Of a stretch of DNA of 64,000 nucleotides, positions 1 to 11,589 are shown piece after piece (position 1 is the stretch's first letter; every line of letters begins with the position of its first letter). Made by a program: the position numbers and the translations under genes. This stretch comes from Lama guanicoe. Taxonomy: Eukaryota. The DNA is taken from positions 1,202,833-1,266,832 of the forward strand of contig MU053376.1 of NCBI GenBank assembly GCA_013239625.1, in the 5' to 3' direction. The notes beneath the pieces are model-generated. The model was not told the origin of the DNA. It saw only the letters and a list, made by a program, of their open reading frames with translations, and ran no database searches.

Positions 1-1284
1 CCTGGGAGGACAGCAGCCCCCACCCCCATTGACACTTTCCCCAGATTATCAGGGAGAGGCGAGCCCCAAAGAAAGGGTCAGGAAACACTTGGGTCGCATC
101 ATGAATATTCACAAAATAGGGCAAGTGCAGTTGCAGAGTTCTCTGCACAGAGGGGTTTCAGCTGCTCCTTCACCCCAACGCTGGTGCACGGGGCGATTGC
201 AGCAACCCCCTCCTTGTCTCCCTCAGAGTCCCGTGAAGGTGCCTCAGGTCTGCTCACCAACACGGGGGAGCACCTTCCGACTTCTCTGCCGCCCCTGCTC
301 CCATAGCATTGCTACATTGGCCACCCTTGTCAAGGGCACACTTGTTGAAATGAATGTCAAAGTGTGCTCCCTCCCTCAGATGCTGGGCTACCTCTCCTGT
401 TGCTGCCAGAGCCCAACCAGTGAAGAACTGCCCTACACACCCAGCGTCCCTCAGGGGTTTCGGCAAAGGGCTGCTTTGGTTTGATGCCTCTTTAGAAGCC
501 CTCTCTCCCCAGCTTTCAGGGGAAGATGTGGAAGACAGCCAGGGAGGCAGGGATTGTTTGTTCTCAGAAGAGTTCCTCTTCTGTGTTAGCCTCAGGATTA
601 AAGTTCAGACTCCTTAATATGGTCCCCAAGATCCACCAAGATCCACCATGTACCCTGCCTTTCTTTCCAGCCCCATCCCTCACCACCCACTCTGTTTTCC
701 CTGTTGTCACCAAACTCACTTGCTCTCTCTCACATACCAGTCTGTTCAAACACCATGCCCCCGGCCTGGAGATGGTCCCCTCACCCAATTTTCTACTCTG
801 TCTGTTGACTGAATCCTACTCATCCTGCTGGATTCAGCTATGATACCACTTGACCTAAGAAGCTACCCATGTTCAGTCCCAATGTCTGAGAAATTTGCCC
901 TCTTTTATGCTCCCAGGGCCCCCGTCCTACCATCAAAAGGAGATCACTTAACACTGTGACGTCTGTTGTCATCTCCATCTCCCCTACCAGTTCCTTAAGA
1001 GCAAGGACTATATCTTATATTGATTTTATTTGCCACTTGATCAAGAATATACAGGAGGTACTAAATAAATTGACTGGATGAATAGTGAAACATTCCCTGG
1101 GATCAAACTTCTACGCCTGAGTCTCTTTAAGACAAGTTTTTCTCAAAGAGGGAAACCAGTCCCCAGTGTGCATGGATTTCTGATGGACCTACCACACTGG
1201 TCTTCTGGCCTGACTCTTAGAGTCAGCCTGGCTTTGGCTTGAGCTAGGATTCTTCCTACATAAGCATCTGGTGAGCATGGACCA

Positions 1285-1415
1285 CAGCAGGGCTTCTCAA
1301 ACCTTAACACATATAGGAATCCTGGGATTCTCTTAAAATGCAGGTTCCAACCTGGTACGTTGGCATAGGGCCTGAGATGCTAATTTTGCTGGTTGGGGAC
1401 CACACCTTGAGTGGG
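1285..1415. mobile_element. MER5-like hAT DNA transposon remnant
   Basis: cagggcttctcaaacctt...taaaatgcag...gggcctgaga...ggggaccacaccttgag. Confidence 0.55.
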
Positions 1416-2339
1416 AAGGCACTAACTGAAAGTCTTGTGCAGTCTCTTTAAATTGATTCCAGGATTCTGATTTATAAGAACTAATTGGCAAAAATTCAAA
1501 GTACTGAAGAAGCCTTTCTAGGAAAGTTTATTTGTTTTTTATAATGCTTGATCTCATTAACAACTGAACATGTGGCCATCACTGTAGGCTGCTTCCTCCT
1601 GTTCTTATACCCAATCCTTTCCTCCTTTGTCTGTCTAAAGTTCGAATGCCCACTCTCCCAGCCTCCTTTACTGTTCTGGATGAAACACGTGTTACAGAGC
1701 TGTTGATGGGATGTGGTTAAGCCCTAAAGTTCTGCCTTAAATGCCAGTGCAGTGGCCTGAATTGCAGAACCAATTTCAGCAGTTTAAAAATAGCAGGCCA
1801 ATGTCTTCATGATCTCTTAGCCTTTTTCTTATGCTTTTTGCCTCATGGTCACAGAATAGCTGCTGATGCTCAGTAAGATCAAGTATCTCTTAATATCACC
1901 AAACATCTAGTCAGTTGCACATTTTCTTGATCGTATTTTTTTTCTACAGTTGATTTATTTGAATCTGAATCACATTACATTTGACTATTCTTTAACAATA
2001 TTATATGCCTTAAGCTCCAAATTCCTTTTTATGAGATAAAAATAAATCCCTATTTGTTTAAGCCAGCTTTGCCAGAGTTTTATGTTCCTTGCAGTCAAAC
2101 TGTAATACAGTATACAATTTTTTTAAATTAGAATTTATTTTCTTGCATTAGCAAATTAACACACCTAGCTTCTAAAAATCTTTAGAGACATGGAAAAGTA
2201 GAAATAAAGAAAAGAAAGTCAGAGTCCCATTACTGAAGTACTGTTAAGATTTTGACATATTTTCTTCCAGTGTTTTGTATAGTTGTGATGACACACTAGT
2301 AAATTTGTATCCTTTTTTTACTTACCCTTAAAAAAAAAC

Positions 2340-2480
2340 ATTTTTAGGGGTGATGAAAATATTCTAAAATTGATTGTGGTGATGGTTGTACAACTCTATG
2401 AATATTCCAAAAATCACTGAGTTGTACACATTAGGTGAATTGTACGGCATGTAAATTATATCTCAATGAAGCTACTCTAA
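2340..2480 (+). mobile_element. L1M 3' terminal fragment
   Basis: ggggtgatgaaaatattctaaaattgattgtggtgatggttgtacaactct...gtaaattatatctcaat. Confidence 0.75.
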
Positions 2481-2724
2481 TTTTTTTAAGTAAGCATTTT
2501 CTGTTATGATAAACTCTTTAATATTTTAAATTCTTGCATAGTCATTTATCAAGAGGCCGGACTTCGAGTCATTAAACTATTTCCCGATTACTGGATATTT
2601 GAGTTGGTTCTACATTTTGGCTGCCATGAAAATTGCTACAGTCAACTGCTTTGTACTTAAGACTTCGCTGTCTAGAATTAGCTCCTCCCAGAAGCAGAAA
2701 TATTGTGCCAAAGTGTAACACTGC

Positions 2725-2910
2725 TTATACATTTATTGAGCATCTATCGAGGGCTTACTACTAGTCAGGTGTGGACCACACTAAGTACTTCACATGCATC
2801 ATCTCTTCGAATTCTTCATCACCCTAAGAGGTCTATTTTACCCCTATTTTCAGAAGTTGGACTGAAGCTCAGAGAAGACAACTAACTCACCCAAGGTCAC
2901 AAAGCCAATA
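2725..2910 (-). mobile_element. MIR SINE
   Basis: catttattgagcatcta...cccctattttcaga...actgaagctcagaga...cccaaggtcaca. Confidence 0.6.
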
Positions 2911-3236
2911 AACGGAGGGGCTCAGGCTCCCACCCAGCTCCGCCTGCTCCCAGGGGCCATTGGCATCGCTCCCTCATCAGGCCTTCAGTTTTTCAAAACT
3001 TGCTGTTTCAATGGCAAAAATGCCATCTCATTCCAAATGTTTTCCTTTCATTACTGATGATGTTGGCCAGTTCTCTGTGTTCACCCAACCGCACTCCTTT
3101 TTTTTTTTTTATTAATTACCTGTTGTGGCCTTTCCCAGTACAATTTGAAGAGTGAATAAAATGTGATCCATGGCTTAAAAAGAAAAACGCCAGGCACAGT
3201 GTCCTTTTAAGAGGTCTGCACAAACTTGAAAGTACC

Positions 3237-3242
3237 TTTAAT
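3237..3242 (-). terminator. LEMD1: Probable LEMD1 polyadenylation signal (ATTAAA)
   Basis: ATTAAA about 245 nt after the stop, followed by a GU/U-rich stretch (tgtgcctggcgtttttct). Confidence 0.5.
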
Positions 3243-3486
3243 GATGGCCAACCTGATCGGGGGGTTTCCTACTAGCAAGCTTTTTGACACAAGTGCCTGG
3301 TTCTCCCCCTCATTCCTCCCACCTGGCTGAGCCCGGATGCAGATCCTTGCGAGCAGCACAGAACAAGGGAAGACTTCCTGGCTGCGGGGCTGCTCCCCCT
3401 CTTAGGAGCAGCCTCTGTTGTTTCCTGAAGCAGGAGGGCTTGGAGCAACACTCAGGCAGGCGCTCATTACTCTGCTTCTAAAGCAC

Positions 3487-3682
3487 TTAGCCAAAGAGCG
3501 GCTTCCTTTCCACAGTTATGTAGACAAGCATCACAATGATGAAGATGCCAAACACAGCAAGCTTCAAGCCCACTGGAAACGTTTCTAGGTTCCTGTTCCC
3601 AGCTCCTCTCTTTATGATGCAGCAGGCTTTCTCTCTGATGTTGCTCTGTTCTCTGAATCTGACTGACACTTTTGCAGGACAC
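3487..3682 (-). CDS. LEMD1: LEMD1 last coding exon with C-terminal transmembrane helix (...FPVGLKLAVFGIFIIVMLVYITVERKPLFG*)
   Basis: Acceptor ttttcacag|G at 3682; TAA at 3489-3487; total CDS 82+123+71+77+196=549 nt = 182 aa plus stop, no frameshift. Confidence 0.95.
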
Positions 3683-4204
3683 CTGTGAAAACAGTAGTGG
3701 CTCTTAGGGGCGTGTACCGCTGCTCCTCGAGCGCCCCCTTAAAGTGTGTGGGACTTCGGGCCCAAGGAGCAACCACGGGGGGCTTTTAGGGAGCAGCCCT
3801 GTACTCACTTATAACCTATGCTGATTTCAACCAGCAATCTTAACCAGGGATCACCAGGATGTGTGATCTCTAAAACCCCACAGAGCATTTTTTTAATCAC
3901 CCCCTTGTGTAACATCTTCCAGTGCTGCCACAAGGCCATCTCAGGGACTTACAGATCCTCTGGTCCCCACTGGGGATGGGTACAGGCTGATGGGGGTGGG
4001 GCATCATTACTTAGAGCCTCTCCTTTCTCTCTTCACAGGTATGAGCACTGCCTTTCAGGGTGGAGATGGGAACAGCTTTTGAAATCTGCTTATTTTTGCA
4101 TTTAAAAGGGCAGAAAGGTACTTTCAGATCTCCTAGGTCTAATCCTGGAAATCTGCTGAAGTTTATTCAGAAGTTAAGGAACTTTCTCTTTTCTGGGGTG
4201 GTGC

Positions 4205-4326
4205 AGGGAGAGGTAATTAGGTTTTTACTTATTTATTTATTTACCTTTAATGGAGGTGCTGGGGGTTGAACCCAGGACCTCGTGCATGCTAGGCACGCAC
4301 TCCACCATGGAGCTATCCCCTCCCCC
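4205..4326 (-). mobile_element. tRNA-derived SINE (camelid Vic-1-like)
   Basis: Reverse complement has GGGGAGGGGATAGCTC..GGTGGAG A box, GGTTCAACCCC B box and an AT-rich tail. Confidence 0.8.
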
Positions 4327-4763
4327 ACAGAAGTTAGGGAACTAAACAGAATGCTGTACATTTTGACCAATAAAATGTCCTGTCTTGAGCTCTTATTTCA
4401 ACGACCTACTTGCTCTTTTTTTGTTTTCTCTTTCCCCTTGCCCACAAATGGGAACAAACGTCTCTAAACTACTACAAATCAAGAAACTTGGGTTCTGGTC
4501 TCAGCTCATCATAAGCTGAGCATCGTTTATGTCATCCCCCTCAGCCTCCCCGTCTCGTTACTGCATCTCAAAACATGAGTGGTGAACCAGAGAGCGAGGC
4601 CCCATCCAGCGGCTTTAAAATTGTGAGATATCACCAATCTTTCTCCTTTCTCCACGTATTTTTTCAGACTCAAATCCTTCACAGAAATCTGATTAATGAA
4701 CATTTTCTCCCCAGGGGTTACGTAAGCCAATAATATCGCCTCATGTGCTAAGAAAAGCATTAC

Positions 4764-4840
4764 CTTCTTCCTGCAGAATTTTTACAATCCAGGCAGACGA
4801 TATCCAGGGCTTTTGGGTTACTGGTGGAAGCGTTGGCTGT
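4764..4840 (-). CDS. LEMD1: LEMD1 coding exon 4, TANASTSNPKALDIVCLDCKNSAGR(R)
   Basis: Acceptor ttttctgtttattag|, donor GAAG|gtaatg; 77 nt, phase 0-2; resembles the LEMD1 segment ASTT..A.D.YCLD.K...GRR. Confidence 0.88.
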
Positions 4841-4861
4841 CTAATAAACAGAAAAAAAAAT

Positions 4862-4942
4862 CAAGAAGAATTGGCTGAACTATTATGCCGTACACCAGAA
4901 ATTGACACAACATTGTACACTGACTATACTTCCATTAAAAAA
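4862..4942 (+). mobile_element. Very short 5'-truncated L1 3' end
   Basis: tacaccagaaattgacacaacattgtacactgactatacttccattaaaaaa; same motif as the copies at 21.6 kb and 26.8 kb. Confidence 0.7.
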
Positions 4943-7942
4943 TTTATTGTTTCCAATGTTTTGTACAAAGAACTTAATTTTTTATTCTATAAAAAGTCGT
5001 ATAATCTGATAAATTTTTGGGATATCAGGTAGTTTAGTGCTTAATACCACAAACTTTAAATCTACCTTTATTCAATAATTAGCAACAACATCCACGTTCT
5101 GTGGAGTCATTTTACTTCGGTGACTCACACGCGAACAGTAGACACACCAGTTATGAGGGTCACGGGATGCCAGCATCATTCTGTTTAAATATCACCTCTT
5201 TCTTTTGCACTCTTATATGTACTTTTTTTTTTATTGTTTGGAGATTTTTTTATGAGCCTGAGTCATTTTTACACAAAGAATAAAGTTATTTTAAAAAGCA
5301 AGTTGGCGATGAACAAAGACTAGAAAATAATTTAGGAAAATGAAAGTGCTGGCCTGTAAGAGGAGCAGAAGAAGAGACAATCATGATTTTTTTCTTCTCC
5401 CCCAGATTTCTTTCATGTTGGGTTTTTTTTTTCAGTAAAGTGAAAAGGCATAGCTCTTTAGGCCTTGGCTTCCTCCCTGTGAAGTGGACTTGTAAAGATT
5501 AAGAGATTTAACACATGCAAAGTGATTAAAACATCTCTTGGCGCATAATAAGCATCAAGAAACATGGGTCCTAATGATTGCGAGAATGGTAATTATTATT
5601 AATTTCATGTTGCTGTTTTTCCTCGTATGTCTGGTTCTTCTTCATTATCCATTCATATTTAAGATTCAGGGCTTATCATCCTCAAACGTCTGCAATGCCC
5701 AGGCAGGAGGCCCCTAGGAATGTGGAGGCGGGGTGTCAGATGATATAACCACCATTTATCAAGTTCCACGTCCCATTTCCCATTAACTCACTGAGGCCTC
5801 TGGGACTACCCTGCCCTCATCTGGTTGGCACTATCATTGCTCCATTTTGGAGGTGATACGTTTGAGGCACAGAAAGGTTAAGTAACTTGTCTGAGGTCAC
5901 ACAGTATTATCAACTGAACTCTGTGCTGGAACCGTGACACTAGACTCCTCTCTACCCTTCAGTTTCTAAAAATAATTTCCCTCCTATGAGAATTCTTCTT
6001 TATGACTCTTACCCACTCAGACCACTCACCTGGTCTATATTCTTCAGTCTTAATATACATGTTCTGTACTTGACTTATTGACTTTTATTTACTCATTCAA
6101 CAAACATTTGTAGTGCGCTGCTGAGTACCGATCCCCATGCTGGCTGTGAGGATTTCTGAGAGACCAGCACACCATCCACCCCTGTTCTAGACGGCTCATC
6201 ACTGAGCACGGTGATGGTGTAAGTATCCTCACCGACTTCCTTCTTTTTAATCAGACCATCTGTTGGATCTCTCAGAGCGGTTACTCTTTTTCCCCCCCAG
6301 TTTTATTGAAATAATTAGCATATATCACTGTAGAAATTTCAAGTGTACAGCCTGATGGTTTGATTTTCTACTTCTCTTTAATCAAATCACAGTATCTACC
6401 ATTTGGGGTCCTTGGTAACTCGGTGCCCACCACTTCCTAGAGGTCCTGGATCCCTGAACACAAGAGAAGCCTCTGACACCTGCCGGTCGCAGCGCCAGAG
6501 GCCTCATTCGGCTGTGGACATGGGAGTCAGGCACGGAGAAGTCCCAAATACATAAGCGGAAGATGGGACTTGCCTCGGACAGAGAAAGGACTGACCGGCA
6601 CCAGCACAGAACAAGAACCAGAAGGAAAATCAGAAGAAGACGTTCTGACAACAATATTGAGACAGACTGGAAGAGGGTGTGATGGAGGGTGGGACAGGCA
6701 GGGGGCACTTGGGCACTCAGATGAGTCAGGAGTTACCCTGGTCTTAGCAAGTGTCATCAGGACACCCTAACAGAGCACAGAACTCTAGTGAATCTGGACC
6801 ATCACCTTCCGGGTGTGTTGTGTTAGCAGGCCTGATGGTCTCAGCCCGAGGCGGGGCAGGAGGGCGTGGTCTGCTCTACTGCCACGTACTGCGGGTCACC
6901 CCCTCCCCAGTATGGGCCACCGATGAAGAATCAGCTACGGCCTCCACCTCTTCCCCTCTACTCCCTGCCCTACCTTCTTAAAGAAAATGTTCTCAACAGT
7001 GCTTTAGTGATACCCGGGCAGGGCCTCTGCAGATGGTGGGAGCTGTGCCTGGTACAAGAACACCACACCCAGGGGAGCACTGTTCCCAGCATGGACATTG
7101 CACACTACATCAATTTCCTGGAAGAAGGAAGCAAAGGCTCTTGAGGAAGAGGGACTTTGAAAATTCTCCCCCAGGTGCCACGTGGGCTGTGGGAGCCTGC
7201 TCACCAAGAGACACTTCAAACTACTTCCAAGGGTGTTGGGAAAATCTTTTATAAACACATTCTTTTCTTTAAACCTTTTTAATTACAGAAAATTTCAAAC
7301 ATATACAAAAGTAGACAATAGGATAATGAACCTCCATGTACCCATCACATGCAACTTCTTTTTAATTCTCTTAAACTTAAAAACAGATATCTTAAGCATT
7401 GGGGTAGAAATCTGTTGCAAAATCAAATTATAGGATTTCACAGCTCTTAGGTGATCAAGTACTCCCTTCTCTTTCCTCCTGCCATAAGGTTTAGGTCTTT
7501 GATTTCCTTTTCTTCTATAATTTATTTCCTTTACTAGCATTCACAGAGTTCTCCTACAGTATGTGAAAGGTGGACATTTTGATTTTCAAAAAAGGAGTAA
7601 TTACGGGCTATCAACATGACTGTGCAGCCATCAATAAAAATAATAATTATAAAGACTATATAACAGGGAAAAGGGTTATCGATTAATGTTAAATACACTA
7701 AACAGTATAAAAATGTATGTACACAATAAAGGAAACTGTGTAAACGCATACTGCCTATGCGTATAAACAGAAGCTAGGAGGAAATTGAAAAAAATGAAAT
7801 CAGTTCTTGCGTCCAGTGGCATGCTTGTAGCTGATTTATTTTTCATCTTTAAAAAGTTCCTTTAATGCTGTTGCAATATGATTTTCACCATAAACACCAT
7901 TTACAGTGGAACTAAAAAATATCGGTGTTCATTAAAGCGATG

Positions 7943-8624
7943 GCTTACTGAGGGTAAATGGCACCCACGGGGAGACGTAATATCTTTGCTCCTTTCTCCC
8001 TATGCCCCAAGCTAGAATCTGCAAAGATGGCTGTTTTTGCACAGCATTCGCAGCTGAGCGCGGAGAAATGTGTGGCCTCCTTGGCTGCTCCACCCCTTTC
8101 AAGACACTCCTGGCATTCAGGTCAGAAAAATATACCCACTCACATATTACTGAGCAGTCCTGCAACCCAGCAGGACCCTGTGGGTCAGACCCTTCCCCGT
8201 GTCCTCTGCTGTAGCTCCTCTCTGAAGTACCCAGATAATAGAATCTCATGTGTATTTCCTGAGTTTTTCAGATGTTTAAAAGCCACCACCAACAGGAAGA
8301 AATTAACTACTTGATGATTGAGAGCAAGTGGCCCCCAGACCTTCTGGCACCTAGGGGTTGATAGTGGTGAGTGCCCTGTTACCTTGACAGCAACCAATCG
8401 GAGAATTGTGCACGAGCTGATCGTGTACCCTGCGATCCCCCTGCCTTACCTGGCCTTTAAATATGCTTGCTGAAACCCTTCTGGGAGTTCACGGATTTGG
8501 GGGCATGAGCCACCCCGTCCGCCTCGCTCAGCCCTGCAATCAACCTTTCTCTGCTCCAAACTTCGATGTTTCAGTTTATTTGGCCTCATGGTGCAACAGA
8601 CACACGAACTTGCCTCTGGTAACA
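7943..8624 (+). mobile_element. Probable ERV solo LTR
   Basis: About 680-bp block with TATA-like ctttaaata, degenerate poly(A)-type caatcaacctttctc and LTR-like end ggtaaca. Confidence 0.55.
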
Positions 8625-8694
8625 GTTGTGGTTATAGATGTAATAGTTGTGAGGTATATGGTCTCATATACACCATGAGTCTCTCATTACAATA

Positions 8695-8880
8695 CTAGCT
8701 AACATTTATATAGCATTTCCTGTGTGCCAGGCACCACGCTAAGCGTTTTACACAAATAAACTCACTTAATCGTACCACCCTGTGAGGAAGATGCTTTTAT
8801 CATGCCCATTTTAACAGATGAGAAAACTGAGGCACAGAGCATTTAAGTAGGATGCCAATGGTCACACAGCTGGAGAGACG
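8695..8880 (-). mobile_element. MIR SINE
   Basis: tgtgccaggcac...cccattttaacagatgagaaaactgaggcacagag. Confidence 0.75.
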
Positions 8881-10249
8881 GTGGAGCCGGGTGCCCCCCC
8901 AGGTAGCACAGCCTCGGAGCCGCTGCTCACCATCACCGTGTTGTACAGCATAAAGACAGTGCTGTTTTACTGGAAGGGAATTAGAAATACTATGTTCTGA
9001 GTGTTTAGTGTCTTTGGCATTCAACGTGCTTCAATTCATTTTAGCTTTCTAACAACTCTAAGAGGTAATCATTGTCATCATTTTATAAATGAAGAAGTTA
9101 AGATTTACAAAGCTAAAATATTTGCTCCAGATTACACAATTAGGGAAAGGAATAGCTGTAATTTAAATCAAGATACTCTGGCTCCAATGCCTATGTCTTT
9201 GGGGTTTTGTTTTGGAAACTTCCCATTGGGGAAACTCATCATTACAAATACATCAAGACATGTTTCTAAAAGCTGTTTTGGTTAACTGATAAATTATCTA
9301 ATCATCAATTCATTTCCTGTGGAAGTAACATTTGTAGCCATCAGATCTCTTTTTAAATATTTCAGATGAATTGGCTTTTTAATAAGAGTTTTCCAGGTAG
9401 ACTATTTTGTGCCCATTCTGGCCTATTTATGCATGGCATATTGAAGCTGAAAGTAGATTGTGTATGAGCCATTATGTTGTACTATATTATGGTTAACTAC
9501 TAAACACTGAGCTAATATCCAGAGCCAGAAAGAACAAGAATCATTTTGTGCTCTCATTAAATCATTACTCATCCAAAAATATATCTGATTGTTAAAAAAT
9601 GATCTACCTTGACTAAAGCCATTCATATTTGTCCATAAAGAAATACAAGTTTGTTCACATTTCCACCAGAAGAATATTTTACAGTGGGACCCAAAGCTAG
9701 CCAGAAATGTCATAGGCTGAGGCCTGCAGTGACAGGCAATCCAAGAAGGGGTGGTGTGTGCAGGGAATCCCACCCCTCCTTTCTCTTAATCTCCCATCAC
9801 TTCTTACTGTTGGACTCTGGGGAGTCAGGAGGCAGAGAGGCTCCTGGGGTGGGGATGAAATTCCCTCCTAATGGAAATGTGGAAACTGCATTTTGCAATC
9901 ACTCTAATTCACTCATGCAATTTTGGGGAAAAGGCCTATATGTAGAATCAGACATTTTTACCAAAGACTTAGCAAACTGGCAGCTGGGATCCTGTTTACA
10001 GGCAGAAAAAAACCCTTTGATTTAGAGCTCTTTAAAATTGAGTTAGCCCAAATCCTTTTATTGACTAAAAATGATTAAGTTAATAAAAGCTTTCACAATA
10101 ATTTCAGACTTTTACTTCATTGTTTTTTTTTAACCTCAACCTTGATTTAATAGAGCTCTCATTTAAAACATTGCATTCTTTTAATCTAAGCAATGATTTT
10201 GAATTAATTTAAAGCCTTTTAAAATAATCTGTACCATATTAACAAAAAC

Positions 10250-11040
10250 AAAACAAAACAAAAAGTGGTTAAAAACCTTATGATCATTTCCATTCTTGAT
10301 TTTTAAAAAATCCTCTAGCAAACCAGGAATAGGATGGGAACTTCCTTAATTTGACCAAAGGTGCCTTCCAACACCTGCACCAAAAATGATACTCAGAGAA
10401 AAAATGTTAAGAGCATTTTCTTTAAAATCAGAAACCAATGACAGAATTCCTATTATCTCTCTGATTTAATATTGTAATAAAGGGGTCTTAACCCGTACCT
10501 TAAAACAAAAAGAAATTTAAAGTAATCAAACTGGACTAAAAAGAATCTACAGAAAAATTATTATAATTGTAAAGACTTCATTGTTAGAAGATCAGTATAC
10601 AAAAGTCAACTGCATTTCTAACTACTAGCAACAAACCATTTAAAATGTAATTTTGAAAAAGTGCTATTCCCAGTAGCAACAAAAATTAAAAGCCTACGTA
10701 ACGAAGCTACCCAGTAAAGCTAACAAAAGATGAGCCTGACCTTCAGTGAAGGACATTAAAGTAAATAAATGTAAAGAACACGAACAGGAAGACTCAGCGG
10801 AGTGAAGATTCAGCTCTTCTCAAATTAATTTAAAGTCAATAAAATTTCAATCAAAATTCCAATCTGAATTTTTCATGGAGCTTGATAAGCTTATTCTAAA
10901 ATTTACATGGAAGAAACAAAGGGACAAGTAAAATAAAGACACCATTTAAAAACAACAACAAAGTGGGAGAAGGGCTTGCTAAGGGTGTTAAGACATTCTG
11001 CTCTTAGCACAGGCTAGACAAGTTGATCAGACTAGAAACC
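10250..11040 (+). mobile_element. Old L1 ORF2-derived fragment (degenerate)
   Basis: A-rich L1-like motifs (aacttccttaattt, caaaagtcaactgcatttcta, caatcaaaattccaa, ttctaaaatttacatggaa). Confidence 0.7.
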
Positions 11041-11044
11041 ACAC

Positions 11045-11575
11045 TGTATTCATCACAGCTCTTATTTTCTGTATTTTATGATGCTTTGACATCTTGGGAC
11101 CTTGCTAATCCAGGAGAGGCTGCCTCTCAAGGAGCTAGCTAATTCCTAGAGATAGTAAAGCAAGTCATATGGAAACCAACAAATCCAAAACCTACACCCC
11201 CAGCCACCTCCCTATCTAACTCTCATACACCAAGCCCACAATTCTCCTCCTCTGAATCAACCTGGGGCCAGATATTGGACAACTAGTGACCACCCCTGTA
11301 GCCCAAAGCCCACGAAAATTACTCAAACTGGCCAAATCCTCAGATGCCTGCCTTGTCTGACCCATTCCTCCCTGCGAAAACCACACCCAAGGGCTGAGCC
11401 CAGGCTTTCCCTTACTCCTGCCTCCCGCCTGAACCTGGTACTTCTCCGTGTGGCCCTGAGAAGCATGATGTACCCACTCCTCTTGGGAACTACAGGTAAT
11501 GAACTCTTCTTTCAAAGGCATTTTTTCTTTTTTTGTCTCCTTGTCTGTCACCTTACTATAATTGAGGAAAACAAA
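11045..11575 (+). mobile_element. LTR (ERV1 MER34/MER39-like) inserted into the old L1
   Basis: atgctttgacatcttgggaccttgct...ctagctaattcctagagatagtaaa motif; L1-like sequence resumes after ~11590. Confidence 0.55.
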
Positions 11576-11589
11576 TCCTGTGTACATTT

